The notes under the pieces were generated by a model, which saw only the letters and a program-made list of their open reading frames with translations, ran no database searches and was not told the origin of the DNA. A program made the position numbers and the translations under genes. Positions 10,077-19,882 of a stretch of DNA of 64,000 nt are shown here, one piece after another; positions within the stretch are counted from its first letter, which is position 1; each line of letters opens with the position of its first letter. This DNA is from a bacterium (GTDB lineage: Bacteria; Bacillota; Clostridia; Lachnospirales; Lachnospiraceae): NCBI GenBank assembly GCA_963623925.1, contig CAVFNN010000002.1, positions 78,247 to 142,246 of the forward strand. Reading direction: 5' to 3'.

Positions 10077-11062
10077 AATTCTACTATGCACCCATGGAGT
10101 CCATCACCGGTTATCCCCTGCGGAACACTCAGCATACCCTGTTCGGGGGACTGGACAAGTACTTTACCCCCTTTGTGTCGGCCAATGAAAGCGGACGCTT
10201 CACCGGTCGGGAGGGGCGGGATCTGGCCCCGGAAAATAACCAGGGGCTGTCTATCGTGCCCCAGATCCTGACCCGGAACCCGGAGCATTTCCTCTGGGCG
10301 GCAGAGAGCATGGCAAATCTTGGCTACCGGGAAATCAATTTTAACCTGGGCTGTCCCAGCGGTACGGTGGTGGCGAAGGGAAAGGGATCCGGCTTTCTCC
10401 GAGACCTGGACGGTCTGGATGAATTTTTCGAGACGCTGTTCACTTCCTTCGACAAGGCGGGACTTCCGATACAGCTTTCTGTGAAGACCCGCATCGGTGT
10501 CGTATCGCCTGCGGAAGCACCGGAGATACTGGCGGTTTACAACCGCTATCCCATTGCGGAGCTGACGGTACATCCCCGGTTGCAGAAGGACATGTACCGG
10601 AATTCCTGCAATTGGGAGGTGTTCCGGATGTTCTATGAGGAAAGCAAGGCACCCATCTGCTACAACGGTGACATCAATACGCCGGCGGATTACCGGCGAC
10701 TTTTGACCGCATTCCCGGATCTGTCGGCGCTGATGCTGGGCCGGGGACTGGTGCGGAATCCGGCGCTGGCACGTCAGCTTCGCGGCGGTGCCGCCCTGGG
10801 ACTTTCGGAGCTTAGGGATTATGTGCAGCTTCTGCTGGAAAAGTATCAGGCAGAGATTCAGGGCGAACGGAATGTGCTCTTTAAATTAAAGGAAAACTGG
10901 AACTACCTCGGGGATCTCTTCCCCGCGGACGAGCATTTCCGGAAGGAAATTCGGAAGTCACGAAATCTCATGGAATACAAGATCGCCGTGCGGTCCCTTC
11001 TCAACAGCGGCAGCTTTGCTGGAACCGAAGACGACGCGGCAGAAGGAGAAGCGGCATGCTGA
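10073..11062 (+). CDS. tRNA-dihydrouridine synthase (Dus) family protein
   Basis: APME, NFNLGCPS, SVKTRIG, TVHPR, NGDI, MLGRG; ATGA overlap with the upstream gene. Confidence 0.9.
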   Translation: MKFYYAPMESITGYPLRNTQHTLFGGLDKYFTPFVSANESGRFTGREGRDLAPENNQGLSIVPQILTRNPEHFLWAAESMANLGYREINFNLGCPSGTVVAKGKGSGFLRDLDGLDEFFETLFTSFDKAGLPIQLSVKTRIGVVSPAEAPEILAVYNRYPIAELTVHPRLQKDMYRNSCNWEVFRMFYEESKAPICYNGDINTPADYRRLLTAFPDLSALMLGRGLVRNPALARQLRGGAALGLSELRDYVQLLLEKYQAEIQGERNVLFKLKENWNYLGDLFPADEHFRKEIRKSRNLMEYKIAVRSLLNSGSFAGTEDDAAEGEAAC

Positions 11063-12252
11063 TCGAATATCCTTCTTATATGGAAGCTTTTCATTGCGTC
11101 GGCGGCGATTGTCCGGATACCTGCTGTGCCGGCTGGATCGTGGATGTGGACGAGGAAAGCTTCTATTACTATCAGACAGTACCGGGAGCCTTCGGTGAGC
11201 GGCTCCGGCAGCATCTTCGGGAGGAGGACGGAGCGAAATTCTTTCCCATGACGAAGGAGAAACGCTGTCCCTTTCTGAACCGGCAGAACCTCTGCGACAT
11301 CTTCACGGAACTCGGCGAGGACAGACTCTGCCAGGTCTGCACGGAATATCCCCGCTGGTACACCCGGGCCGGGTATTACGAACAGCAGGATCTGAGCCTT
11401 TCCTGTATGGAGGTGTCACGTCTCTTTTTTACTGCGCCGGAGATCTGTTATTGCAGGGCAATGTCGGCGGATCCGGGAGAAGAATTGACGCCGGAGGAAG
11501 AGGAAGCGCTGGTGTTTACCTTGGCCGTGCGGAATGAAGGATTGGAAATCCTCTCGGAGGCAAACCGGGAGGATTCACTGGCGGAAAAGCTGCAGAAGCT
11601 AGGGCGGCTGATCCGGGAAAGCCAGAAGACATCCCCGGCGATTCTCCGGGCGCTTTCGCATCTCAATGAACGCCTGCAGGCAGCAGAAGCGGAAGAGGAA
11701 GCTGAAGCGCAAGAGTGGGATGAAGATACATCTCAAACCGCGGCGCGAAAAGAGTACGAAGATCTGCCGTCGTGGCCTGTGGATAAGGCATTTTTATCTG
11801 CAGAAGCGGAGATTGCGCAGATGCCGCAGAAAATCGCGCGCTTGGCTAAGCTGGACCCACTGAATCCAGCCTGGGAAAGCATGATGCAGCAGCTCAAAAA
11901 GCTCTGCGAAACGCAGACCGAACGGGAAAGAACCGTGGAGGCGCTGCGGCAGTTCCGGGAACATCCGGAATATCCGGTCTGGTTTTCTCGACTTGGGAGC
12001 TATTTCTGGTTCCGCTATCTATTGGACGGGGTATTGCAGAATGACATGGAACGGGGCTATCGCATGCTGGTGCGGAGCCTTGAAAGCATAGAACTCATGT
12101 GTGCTTCCCGGATCCGGGAGAAAAATGAGGGAGTATGGCCGAAGACATTATCCACTGCCTTCAGAGTGGAGGACATGATGGACGTGGCGCATATCTTCTC
12201 CAAGGAAGTGGAGCACGACGCGGAAAATCTGGAGATTCTGCAGTGGCGTTAA
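11056..12252 (+). CDS. FliB-like (flagellin lysine-N-methylase family) Cys-cluster protein
   Basis: FHCVGGDCPDTCCAGW, CPFL...LC, LCQVCTEYPR, LSCME; C-terminal SKEVEH. Confidence 0.8.
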   Translation: MLIEYPSYMEAFHCVGGDCPDTCCAGWIVDVDEESFYYYQTVPGAFGERLRQHLREEDGAKFFPMTKEKRCPFLNRQNLCDIFTELGEDRLCQVCTEYPRWYTRAGYYEQQDLSLSCMEVSRLFFTAPEICYCRAMSADPGEELTPEEEEALVFTLAVRNEGLEILSEANREDSLAEKLQKLGRLIRESQKTSPAILRALSHLNERLQAAEAEEEAEAQEWDEDTSQTAARKEYEDLPSWPVDKAFLSAEAEIAQMPQKIARLAKLDPLNPAWESMMQQLKKLCETQTERERTVEALRQFREHPEYPVWFSRLGSYFWFRYLLDGVLQNDMERGYRMLVRSLESIELMCASRIREKNEGVWPKTLSTAFRVEDMMDVAHIFSKEVEHDAENLEILQWR

Positions 12253-12308
12253 AAAGGAAATGCGTGTTATACTTGGAAATCAGTTAAATGCGTATAACTG
12301 TGCTAGTT

Positions 12309-12577
12309 AACCCACAGGATAAATAAGGTAGACTTTGCTTTCGCAAAGTCTTCGATACGATTCATTTCGAGCCAGTAGCTCTCAATGAACTTGCCGTTGG
12401 CAAGCATGCATCTTTGATGCATGTCAGATCGTTACGAAGTTTGCCTGATGCAAACTTCTTCACTCTCGCCGCTAAGGCATCGCCTATCCCGTGGGCTTCG
12501 CGACAGCTTGGCTGGCGGGTGCCCACGGGATACTCACTGCCAACTAAGCTGTCGCTGAACCCACAGGATAATTAAGG
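12309..12577. repeat. About 270-bp multi-hairpin intergenic element bounded by a 20-bp direct repeat (MITE/REP-like or structured RNA)
   Basis: AACCCACAGGATAAATAAGG (12309-12328) and AACCCACAGGATAATTAAGG (12558-12577), 19/20 identical; at least seven internal inverted repeats. Confidence 0.7.
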
Positions 12578-12585
12578 AGGTAATC

Positions 12586-13641
12586 ATGCGTGAAATATTG
12601 CCGGGAATTTATGAATTTCCCCTGGAAAGTAAAAATGATCCGGGTGTGAAGGCCATCAAGCTGTTTCTCATTCCGGGAAAGCCAGGCAGCCGCAGCCTCC
12701 TTCTGGACACCGGATTCAAAACCGCCGACTGCCTCGAAAAGCTGCAGCAGGCACTGGATGAATTGCACATTTCCATTACGGATCTGGATGTCTTTCTGAC
12801 GCATCGGCATCACGACCACTGCGGCCTTTGCGGGATTCTTTCCAAGCAGGGAGCCCGGATTTTCATGAATCCGGATGAGGAGCGGCATCCATACGACTGC
12901 CTCAGCTACAAGCTGACGGCGGAAAGCTTGGAGGCCCAGAAGAAGGTGCTGCGCTCCGTGGGTGTTACCTATGCGTGTTCGCCGGAGATTTTCACATTCT
13001 TTCGGCGGATACAGGAGAAGATAGCAGCCCATGGCCAATGGGTTTTGGCCTCGGAGGCATTTCCCTACCAGGAAACCCGGGCGGGAGACTGCTTCGACTA
13101 CGGTGACTATCACTTCCGTGCCATGGCATTGCCGGGGCATACCCTGGGGCAGATGGGTCTCATTGAGCGGGACAAAAAAATTGTTTTTTCTGCCGATCAG
13201 CTGATCAACGGCATGTCCCCCATTGTGGCCACCACCTATCCGGATGAGCATCTGCTCCAGGGCTTTTTCCAGTCCCTCGAATGGATCAAGCACAACTGTC
13301 GGGAGGGCTGGCGGATATTCCCGGCCCACGGGGAGGAAATTCAGGATGTGGGCAGCGCGGTGGACCAGACGGTTTTTTCCTATCTGACAAAGCTTTCCAA
13401 AGCCCGGAACGTGCTGCGGACGGAGGGGATTTTGCCGGACGGCAGCCGCCGGGAGTTCACCTGTCGGCATATCGCGGAAGCGGTATACGGTATACAGAAG
13501 TATCCTGAAAACGAATCGGATTTTTTTAAATACAAGATGACCCTGACGAAAACCTACTCGCTCCTGGAATACCTCCACGATGAGGGATTCCTCACACGGC
13601 GGGAGCAGGACGGCATTTTCTTCTGGTCACTCAAGGCATAA
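12586..13641 (+). CDS. MBL-fold metallo-hydrolase
   Basis: LLDTG, THRHHDH, PGHT, SAD and PAHG metal-binding motifs; AAGGAGG RBS. Confidence 0.9.
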   Translation: MREILPGIYEFPLESKNDPGVKAIKLFLIPGKPGSRSLLLDTGFKTADCLEKLQQALDELHISITDLDVFLTHRHHDHCGLCGILSKQGARIFMNPDEERHPYDCLSYKLTAESLEAQKKVLRSVGVTYACSPEIFTFFRRIQEKIAAHGQWVLASEAFPYQETRAGDCFDYGDYHFRAMALPGHTLGQMGLIERDKKIVFSADQLINGMSPIVATTYPDEHLLQGFFQSLEWIKHNCREGWRIFPAHGEEIQDVGSAVDQTVFSYLTKLSKARNVLRTEGILPDGSRREFTCRHIAEAVYGIQKYPENESDFFKYKMTLTKTYSLLEYLHDEGFLTRREQDGIFFWSLKA

Positions 13642-13652
13642 AGGAGCGGAAT

Positions 13653-15572
13653 TTGGCAGCAAGTATTTTAAACATGGAGCATCTCAGCAAGGTGTTCACA
13701 GAACGACAGATCCTCGATGATGCGGATTTTTCCATTCAGGAGGGCGAGAAGGTGGCCCTCATCGGTGTCAACGGCACCGGCAAGTCCACCTTGCTCCGGA
13801 TGGTGGCAGGACTTGTGGAGCCGGATGAAGGAAGTGTTGTCCGTCGTCGTGGACTGAGCATCCGTTTCCTTCCCCAGAACCCGGAATTTCAGCCGGAGGA
13901 CAGCATTCTCGAGGCCATTGTTCATGACAATGAGGGAAAGCAGCACATCTATAACCTGGAGGCAGAGGCCCGGAAGCTGCTGAACCGCCTGGGCATCTCT
14001 GATTTTGAACAAAAGGTGGGAACCCTGTCCGGCGGACAGCGGAAGCGGGTGGCGCTGGCGTCTACTCTGCTGTCTACGGCGGATCTGCTGGTATTGGACG
14101 AGCCTACGAATCATCTGGACGGAGCCATGTCGGAGTGGCTGGAAACGTATCTTAAGAATTTCCGGGGCACGCTTCTCATGGTGACCCATGACCGCTATTT
14201 TCTGGACAGTGTTTGCAACCGTATCGTGGAGCTGGACCAGGGAAAGCTCTATTCCTATGAGAGCAATTATGAGGGATATCTCGCCCTGAAGGCGGAGCGG
14301 ATGGATATCGCCAAGGCCCAGGAGCGGACACGGCAGAATATCCTCCGGACGGAGCTTGCCTGGATCCGCCGGGGCGCGAAGGCCCGGACCACGAAGCAGA
14401 AGGGACGGATTCAGCGCTACGAGAAGCTGTCGGCCATGCATGGTCCCACGCCGGAGGAGGAGATGAAGCTGTCCTCCGTGACGACACGGCTCGGCAAGTC
14501 CACCATAGAGCTCGATCATGTGACGAAGGGCTACGAAGGAAAAACGCTGATCCGGGATTTTTCCTATAATTTCCTGCGGAATGACCGCATCGGCATCATC
14601 GGACCGAATGGTGTCGGAAAATCAACACTGGTGAAGCTGATCGCCGGATGGCAGCAGCCCGACAGCGGAGAGATCCGCATTGGCCAGACGGTACGCATTG
14701 CCTACTTCAGTCAGGAAAATGAGGAATTGGACGGCAGTCAGCGGGTGATCGATGCCGTGCGATCCATTGCGGAGTATGTCCATACCACGGACGGTCTGAT
14801 CAGCGCCAGCGTCATGCTGGACCGCTTTCTTTTCCCGCCTTCGCAGCAGTTCATGAAGGTGGAGAAGCTCTCCGGCGGCGAGAAGCGGCGGCTGTACCTT
14901 TTGCGGGTGCTTATGAGCGCGCCCAATGTCCTGATATTGGATGAGCCGACGAATGATCTGGACATTCGCACCATGACCATTCTCGAGGACTATCTGGACC
15001 GCTTCGCCGGGATCGTCATTACCGTGTCTCACGACCGCTATTTCCTGGACCGGGTGGTGAACCGCATCTTTGCCTTTGAAGGCGAGGGAAAGCTTTCGCA
15101 GTATGAAGGCGGTTTCACGGATTACCAGGTGGAGTTCCTGCGACGGCATCCGGAACTGGACAGTAGCCAGGGCATCTTCTCCCAGGCCGGCGCCATTGCC
15201 GGGATCGGCGGTGGTGCTTCAGCGGGGGCCGCAGGCAGCAGTGCTGGAAATACAGCCAATGTCGGCGCTTCCGCTGCCGGGACTGACCCGGAGGGACAAA
15301 GCGCGGGCGGCAAGAGCAAGGGTTGGTCCAGCCCCCACAAGCTGAAGATGAGCTACCAGGAGAAGAAGGACTGGGAGACCATCGAGGCGGATATCGAAGC
15401 GCTGGAGCAGAAGCTTTCGGACATCGAGGCGGAATATCTCAAGTATGCCAGCGATTTCCATAAGCTCGCCGAGCTCACGAAGGAGAAGGAAGAATTGGAG
15501 CAGGCCCTGGAGCAGAAGATGACGCGCTGGGAATACCTGACCGAGCTTCAGGAGAAAATCGACGCACAGTGA
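13653..15572 (+). CDS. ABC-F family ATP-binding protein (Uup-like)
   Basis: Two ABC cassettes (GVNGTGKS/LSGGQ/LDEPTNHLD and GPNGVGKS/LSGGE/LDEPTNDLD), no TM helices, C-terminal coiled coil KLKMSYQE...RWEYL; TTG start after AAGGAG. Confidence 0.92.
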   Translation: MAASILNMEHLSKVFTERQILDDADFSIQEGEKVALIGVNGTGKSTLLRMVAGLVEPDEGSVVRRRGLSIRFLPQNPEFQPEDSILEAIVHDNEGKQHIYNLEAEARKLLNRLGISDFEQKVGTLSGGQRKRVALASTLLSTADLLVLDEPTNHLDGAMSEWLETYLKNFRGTLLMVTHDRYFLDSVCNRIVELDQGKLYSYESNYEGYLALKAERMDIAKAQERTRQNILRTELAWIRRGAKARTTKQKGRIQRYEKLSAMHGPTPEEEMKLSSVTTRLGKSTIELDHVTKGYEGKTLIRDFSYNFLRNDRIGIIGPNGVGKSTLVKLIAGWQQPDSGEIRIGQTVRIAYFSQENEELDGSQRVIDAVRSIAEYVHTTDGLISASVMLDRFLFPPSQQFMKVEKLSGGEKRRLYLLRVLMSAPNVLILDEPTNDLDIRTMTILEDYLDRFAGIVITVSHDRYFLDRVVNRIFAFEGEGKLSQYEGGFTDYQVEFLRRHPELDSSQGIFSQAGAIAGIGGGASAGAAGSSAGNTANVGASAAGTDPEGQSAGGKSKGWSSPHKLKMSYQEKKDWETIEADIEALEQKLSDIEAEYLKYASDFHKLAELTKEKEELEQALEQKMTRWEYLTELQEKIDAQ

Positions 15573-15579
15573 GGGAGAG

Positions 15580-15669
15580 ATGGAAACCGTGCTGCTGGTG
15601 TCTCACCGCAAGTCCACCCTGGGCATTGCGGACGAGGTACTGGCGTTTGATACCGGCAGAGAAAGCTAG
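15580..15669 (+). pseudogene. Remnant of the extreme C-terminus of an ABC-transporter ATPase
   Basis: Reads METVLLVSHRKSTLGIADEVLAFDTGRES*, i.e. the H-switch (VSHR) and terminal strands of an ABC NBD, with the rest missing. Confidence 0.65.
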
Positions 15670-15823
15670 AGTTTAAACAGTATTGAACACAAAGCCTATT
15701 TTTGTCCATTCTGCACAGACAGCTGTAGGCTGGAAATGGACGAAATAGCCCATATGCATCACTGGTATAACTACTATGAATACGAGTTATCTATAGATTT
15801 CATGATAAAGCCGGGAAATTTAA

Positions 15824-15852
15824 TAGACAATTTTTTGACATAACGCTATAAT
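15824..15852 (+). promoter_or_regulatory. Putative sigma-A promoter of the opp operon
   Basis: TAGACA-17 bp-TATAAT. Confidence 0.65.
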
Positions 15853-15971
15853 TTCAAACGTGCGCAAGGAGGTGCTGAAAGAAGGTTCACAGCTTCTTGC
15901 GCATTTTGCGATACTGCAGCTTTAAAGCACTAAAGCGGTATCGCGGCAAACATAACAAGGAGGAAATAGTT

Positions 15972-17690
15972 ATGAAAAAGTCAACAAGAGCGCTTTCTGT
16001 TCTGACGGCTTCAGCTATGGTTCTGGGTCTTGCGGCTTGCGGAAGCTCCGCTTACCAGACACAGACAACAGCTGCTGCAGGTGAGACAGCGGCAGCAGGT
16101 GAGACAGCAGCAGCCGGCGAGGCTACCGGTTCTGTATCCACCGAGGATCTGAAGGTAATGCTGGAGACTCCGGTAGAGTCTCTTGACCCGCAGCAGGCGA
16201 CTGACGGTACATCCTTCGAGGTAATGGCCAACTACACCGATGGTCTGACCCAGATGGATGCTGACGGACAGGCTGTTCCGGCTATCGCAGAGTCCTGGGA
16301 GACCAGCGAGGATGGTCTGACATGGACCTTCCATCTGAGAGAGGATGCGAAGTGGTCCAACGGCGATCCCGTTACTGCTGCAGACTTCGTATTCGCATGG
16401 CAGAGAGCCGTTGATCCGGATGTGGCTTCCGAGTATGCTTACATGCTCAGCGACATCGGTCAGGTGAAGAACGCCGCTGAGATCATCGACGGCACTATGG
16501 ACAAGTCCGAGCTCGGCATCAAGGCTGTGGATGAGCACACCCTTGAGGTTCAGCTGGTGGCACCTGTCAGCTACTTCACATCTCTTATGTACTTCCCGAC
16601 CTTCTATCCGGTAAACGAGAAGTTCTTTGAGACCTGTGCAGATACCTACGGCACAAGCCCGGAGACAGCACTTTCCAACGGTGCTTTCATCCTGGATTCC
16701 TATGAGCCGGCTGCCACAGAGTTCCATCTCACAAAGAACCCGGATTACTACGATGCTGATAGAGTACAGCTTGCCGGTATCGATTATCAGGTTATCCAGG
16801 ATTCTCAGACCGCTCTGATGAGCTTCCAGAACGGCGAGCTTGACATGACACTGGTAAACGGTGATCAGGTTGACCAGGTGCAGGATGACCCGGCCTTCAA
16901 GGCAGTGGGTGCCGGTTACCTCTGGTATGTAACACCGAACATCTCCAAGGTTGAGGCCCTGCAGAATGACAACATCCGTAAGGCACTGACCTTCGCCATC
17001 GATCGTGAGGCCATCACCACAGACGTTCTGAAGGATGGTTCCAAGCCGACCTTCACTGCAGTTCCGATGGATTTCGCAGCAGGTCCGGACGGCTCTGATT
17101 TCTCTGCAGATCAGGAGCAGTTCTCCGATGTATGTGCTTACGATGCTGAGAAGGCCGTAGAGTACTGGAACAAGGGTCTCGAGGAGCTGGGCAAGGATTC
17201 CCTGGAGTTCGAGATGGTTGTTGACGCCGATGATGCACCGCAGAAGGTGGCTACCGTTCTTCAGGAGCAGTGGCAGACCACTCTGCCGGGTCTCACCATC
17301 AACATCAAGGTTGAGCCGAAGAAGCAGAGAGTACAGGATCTTCAGGACGGCAACTATGAGCTGGGTCTCACAAGATGGGGACCGGACTATGCGGATCCGA
17401 TGACCTACCTCGGCATGTGGGTAAGCAACAACTCCAACAACTACGGTCTCTGGAGCAACGATGAGTACGACAGCATCATCAAGGAGTGCACAGCCGGTGA
17501 GCTGGCTACCGATGCTGAGAAGCGTTGGGCAAGACTGTACGATGCAGAGAAGATCGTGATGGATGAGTCCGTGATCTTCCCGCTCTACACACAGTGCAAT
17601 GCCGAGATGGTTTCCACCAAGGTTAGCGGCGTTGAGTTCCATCCGGTGGCTCTGAACAGAGTTTACAAGGATGCCGTAAAGACAGACTAA
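15972..17690 (+). CDS. oppA: Oligopeptide ABC transporter substrate-binding lipoprotein
   Basis: Lipobox LAAC, SLDP, WTFHLREDAKWSNGDPVTAADF, WGPDYADPMTYL; AAGGAGG RBS. Confidence 0.93.
   Translation: MKKSTRALSVLTASAMVLGLAACGSSAYQTQTTAAAGETAAAGETAAAGEATGSVSTEDLKVMLETPVESLDPQQATDGTSFEVMANYTDGLTQMDADGQAVPAIAESWETSEDGLTWTFHLREDAKWSNGDPVTAADFVFAWQRAVDPDVASEYAYMLSDIGQVKNAAEIIDGTMDKSELGIKAVDEHTLEVQLVAPVSYFTSLMYFPTFYPVNEKFFETCADTYGTSPETALSNGAFILDSYEPAATEFHLTKNPDYYDADRVQLAGIDYQVIQDSQTALMSFQNGELDMTLVNGDQVDQVQDDPAFKAVGAGYLWYVTPNISKVEALQNDNIRKALTFAIDREAITTDVLKDGSKPTFTAVPMDFAAGPDGSDFSADQEQFSDVCAYDAEKAVEYWNKGLEELGKDSLEFEMVVDADDAPQKVATVLQEQWQTTLPGLTINIKVEPKKQRVQDLQDGNYELGLTRWGPDYADPMTYLGMWVSNNSNNYGLWSNDEYDSIIKECTAGELATDAEKRWARLYDAEKIVMDESVIFPLYTQCNAEMVSTKVSGVEFHPVALNRVYKDAVKTD
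16071..16124 (+). repeat. 3 x 18-bp in-frame tandem repeat (AAAGET) in the OppA N-terminal linker
   Basis: gctgctgcaggtgagaca / gcggcagcaggtgagaca / gcagcagccggcgaggct. Confidence 0.85.
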
Positions 17691-17713
17691 TCGGAAGAGA
17701 AATCTTCGATTGT

Positions 17714-17742
17714 GTGAGGAGGCAGTGGAACTGCCTCCTCAC
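17714..17742 (+). terminator. Stem-loop after oppA (partial terminator or mRNA stabiliser)
   Basis: 13-bp perfect stem GTGAGGAGGCAGT-GGA-ACTGCCTCCTCAC; only a weak U-tract. Confidence 0.6.
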
Positions 17743-17860
17743 CGCATTTCAGTCTGCCCCTGCGGGCTTCGGTGCGGGGCCCGGTTTTCCGGACCCGACC
17801 CCGAAGCCAGCAGACGATGCATTCGCCTGATGGCTGAAAATTAATCCTTAGGAGGTTCAA

Positions 17861-18796
17861 GTGAAAAAGTATGTCACAAAACGAGTGCTGACCTCATTGT
17901 TCACGCTGCTCGTCATTCTCCTGGTACTCTTTGTCCTGATGCAGCTCATGCCGGGTTCGCCCTTCAACGATGAGAAGCTGAACGACAGCCAGAGAGCGGC
18001 GCTGTATGCGAAGTACGGGCTGGATCAGCCGGTATTTACCCAGTTCATCCGCTATGTCAAGAACATGTTGACGGGTGACTTCGGTGTCAGCTACAACATT
18101 TCCAAGAATACCCCGATCTCTACCCTGATTCAGACCAGACTGCCCATTTCCATCCGCATCGGCGGACAGGCCGTGGCACTGGGCGCGGTGATGGGTCTGA
18201 TCCTGGGTCTCATCGCAGCGCTGAAGCACGATACCATTCTGGATACCCTCTGCACATTGATCTCTGTTATCGGTGTGTCGGTGCCTTCCTATGTATTCGC
18301 GCTGTTCCTGAGCTATCAGCTGGGATTCAAGATGCATCTCTTCCCCATGCTGTACAACGATAAGCTCCCCCAGATTTCTTCGGTGCTGCCCAGCATTTCC
18401 CTGTCTATGTTCACCATGGCCAGCATTGCCCGCTTCACCCGTTCCGAAATGCTGGAGGTGCTGGACAGTGACTACATGCTGCTGGCAGAGTCCAAGGGAA
18501 TTTCCGGCTTCGCGCTGATCTTCCGGCATGCCCTGCGGAATGCGCTGATTCCCATCATCACGGTGCTGGCACCGCTGATCGTCGATCTGATGACCGGTTC
18601 CCTCGTGGTGGAGAAGATCTTTGCCATCCCCGGTGTCGGTTCCCTGCTGGTGAATGCCATTCAGTCCAATGACTACAATGTGGTCATTTCCCTGAGCTTC
18701 ATCTACTCCGCACTGTATATCTTCATCATGCTTTTTGTGGATATTCTCTACGGCATCATTGATCCGCGAATCAGACTAGCAAAGGACGGAAACTAA
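17861..18796 (+). CDS. oppB: Oligopeptide ABC transporter permease
   Basis: MPGSPF, YGLDQP, GDFGVS, EAA-like loop, RHALRNALIP; GTG start with AGGAGG. Confidence 0.93.
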   Translation: MKKYVTKRVLTSLFTLLVILLVLFVLMQLMPGSPFNDEKLNDSQRAALYAKYGLDQPVFTQFIRYVKNMLTGDFGVSYNISKNTPISTLIQTRLPISIRIGGQAVALGAVMGLILGLIAALKHDTILDTLCTLISVIGVSVPSYVFALFLSYQLGFKMHLFPMLYNDKLPQISSVLPSISLSMFTMASIARFTRSEMLEVLDSDYMLLAESKGISGFALIFRHALRNALIPIITVLAPLIVDLMTGSLVVEKIFAIPGVGSLLVNAIQSNDYNVVISLSFIYSALYIFIMLFVDILYGIIDPRIRLAKDGN

Positions 18797-18797
18797 T

Positions 18798-19877
18798 ATG
18801 TTTGGAAAGAAAGCAAAAACTGCGGCCGTGCCTGTGGCAGCGGCTGCCGAGGCGGCCTATATTCCGGTGGACAGTGACTTCGTGCTGAAGGACAATGCCG
18901 GAGAGATCGCCATTGATACCAACTTCTCCTCCCAGTCCTTCTGGAAGGATGTGCAGAAGCGCTTCGTCAACAAGAAGAGCGCCGTGGTCGGCCTGGTTCT
19001 GGTGGTGCTCCTCTGCATCCTGGCCCTGGTTGGCCCCCACATGAACGGCTATTCCTACAGCGAGCAGACCAACGGCAAGAACCTGGCACCCCGTGTACAG
19101 CTGGTGGAGTATCTCGGTATCCTGGACGGCTCCGAGACCATGACCACCACCACCGGCACCAAGCTCACCAACGGCTATGCCGAGAAGCAGATGCTGGATG
19201 TGTTCCATTGGTTCGGTACCGATAAGTACGGCCGTGACATCTGGACCCGTACCTGGGTCGGCGCGAGAGTATCCCTCATCATCGCTGTAGCGGCTACCAT
19301 CATTGACATGGTCATCGGTATGTCCTATGGCCTGATTTCCGGCTACTTCGGCGGCAAGGTGGATATCATCATGCAGCGAATTCTGGAGATTTCCAATGGT
19401 ATCCCGAGACTCGTGATCGTGACCCTGCTGCTGCTCATTCTGAAGCCGGGTATGATCACCATCATCTTCGCCCTCATGCTGACAGAGTGGATCGGCATGT
19501 CCCGTATCGCGCGAGCGGAGATGCTGAAGCTGAAGGAGCAGGAATTCGTTCTAGCCTCCAAGACTTTGGGTGCAGGCTCTTTCTTCATTATCTTTAAGGA
19601 GATCCTGCCGAACATCATCGGCCCCATCATTACACAGGTAATGTTCTCCATTCCGACAGCTATCTTCACGGAGGCCTTCCTGTCCTTCGTGGGTCTCGGT
19701 ATTCCGGTGCCGCAGTGTTCCCTGGGTTCCCTGATTTCCGAAGGCTACAACAGCTTCACCACCCATCCCTATCAGATCGTGCCGCCCATCGTTATCATGG
19801 CACTGCTGATGCTGTGCTTCAACCTGGTGGCTGACGGTCTTCGTGAGGCCCTTGATCCTAAGATGAAGGAGATGTAA
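18798..19877 (+). CDS. oppC: Oligopeptide ABC transporter permease
   Basis: HWFGTDKYGRD, EFVLASKTLGA, EAFLSFVGLG, DGLREALDP. Confidence 0.93.
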   Translation: MFGKKAKTAAVPVAAAAEAAYIPVDSDFVLKDNAGEIAIDTNFSSQSFWKDVQKRFVNKKSAVVGLVLVVLLCILALVGPHMNGYSYSEQTNGKNLAPRVQLVEYLGILDGSETMTTTTGTKLTNGYAEKQMLDVFHWFGTDKYGRDIWTRTWVGARVSLIIAVAATIIDMVIGMSYGLISGYFGGKVDIIMQRILEISNGIPRLVIVTLLLLILKPGMITIIFALMLTEWIGMSRIARAEMLKLKEQEFVLASKTLGAGSFFIIFKEILPNIIGPIITQVMFSIPTAIFTEAFLSFVGLGIPVPQCSLGSLISEGYNSFTTHPYQIVPPIVIMALLMLCFNLVADGLREALDPKMKEM

Positions 19878-19882
19878 GGAAT

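Noticed and set aside
11056..12252. Evidence for a flagellar locus
   Set aside because: FliB-like genes often occur alone, and no flagellar genes are in the window.
12309..12577. CRISPR array or tRNA
   Set aside because: Only two repeat copies about 250 bp apart, no regular spacers, no cas genes, and no cloverleaf or T-loop consensus.
16011..17642. Long antisense ORFs (also 33825-35480, 40720-42024, 61296-62738 and many shorter ones)
   Set aside because: They lie exactly opposite well-supported genes, as expected from codon bias in GC-rich DNA, and show no recognisable motifs.
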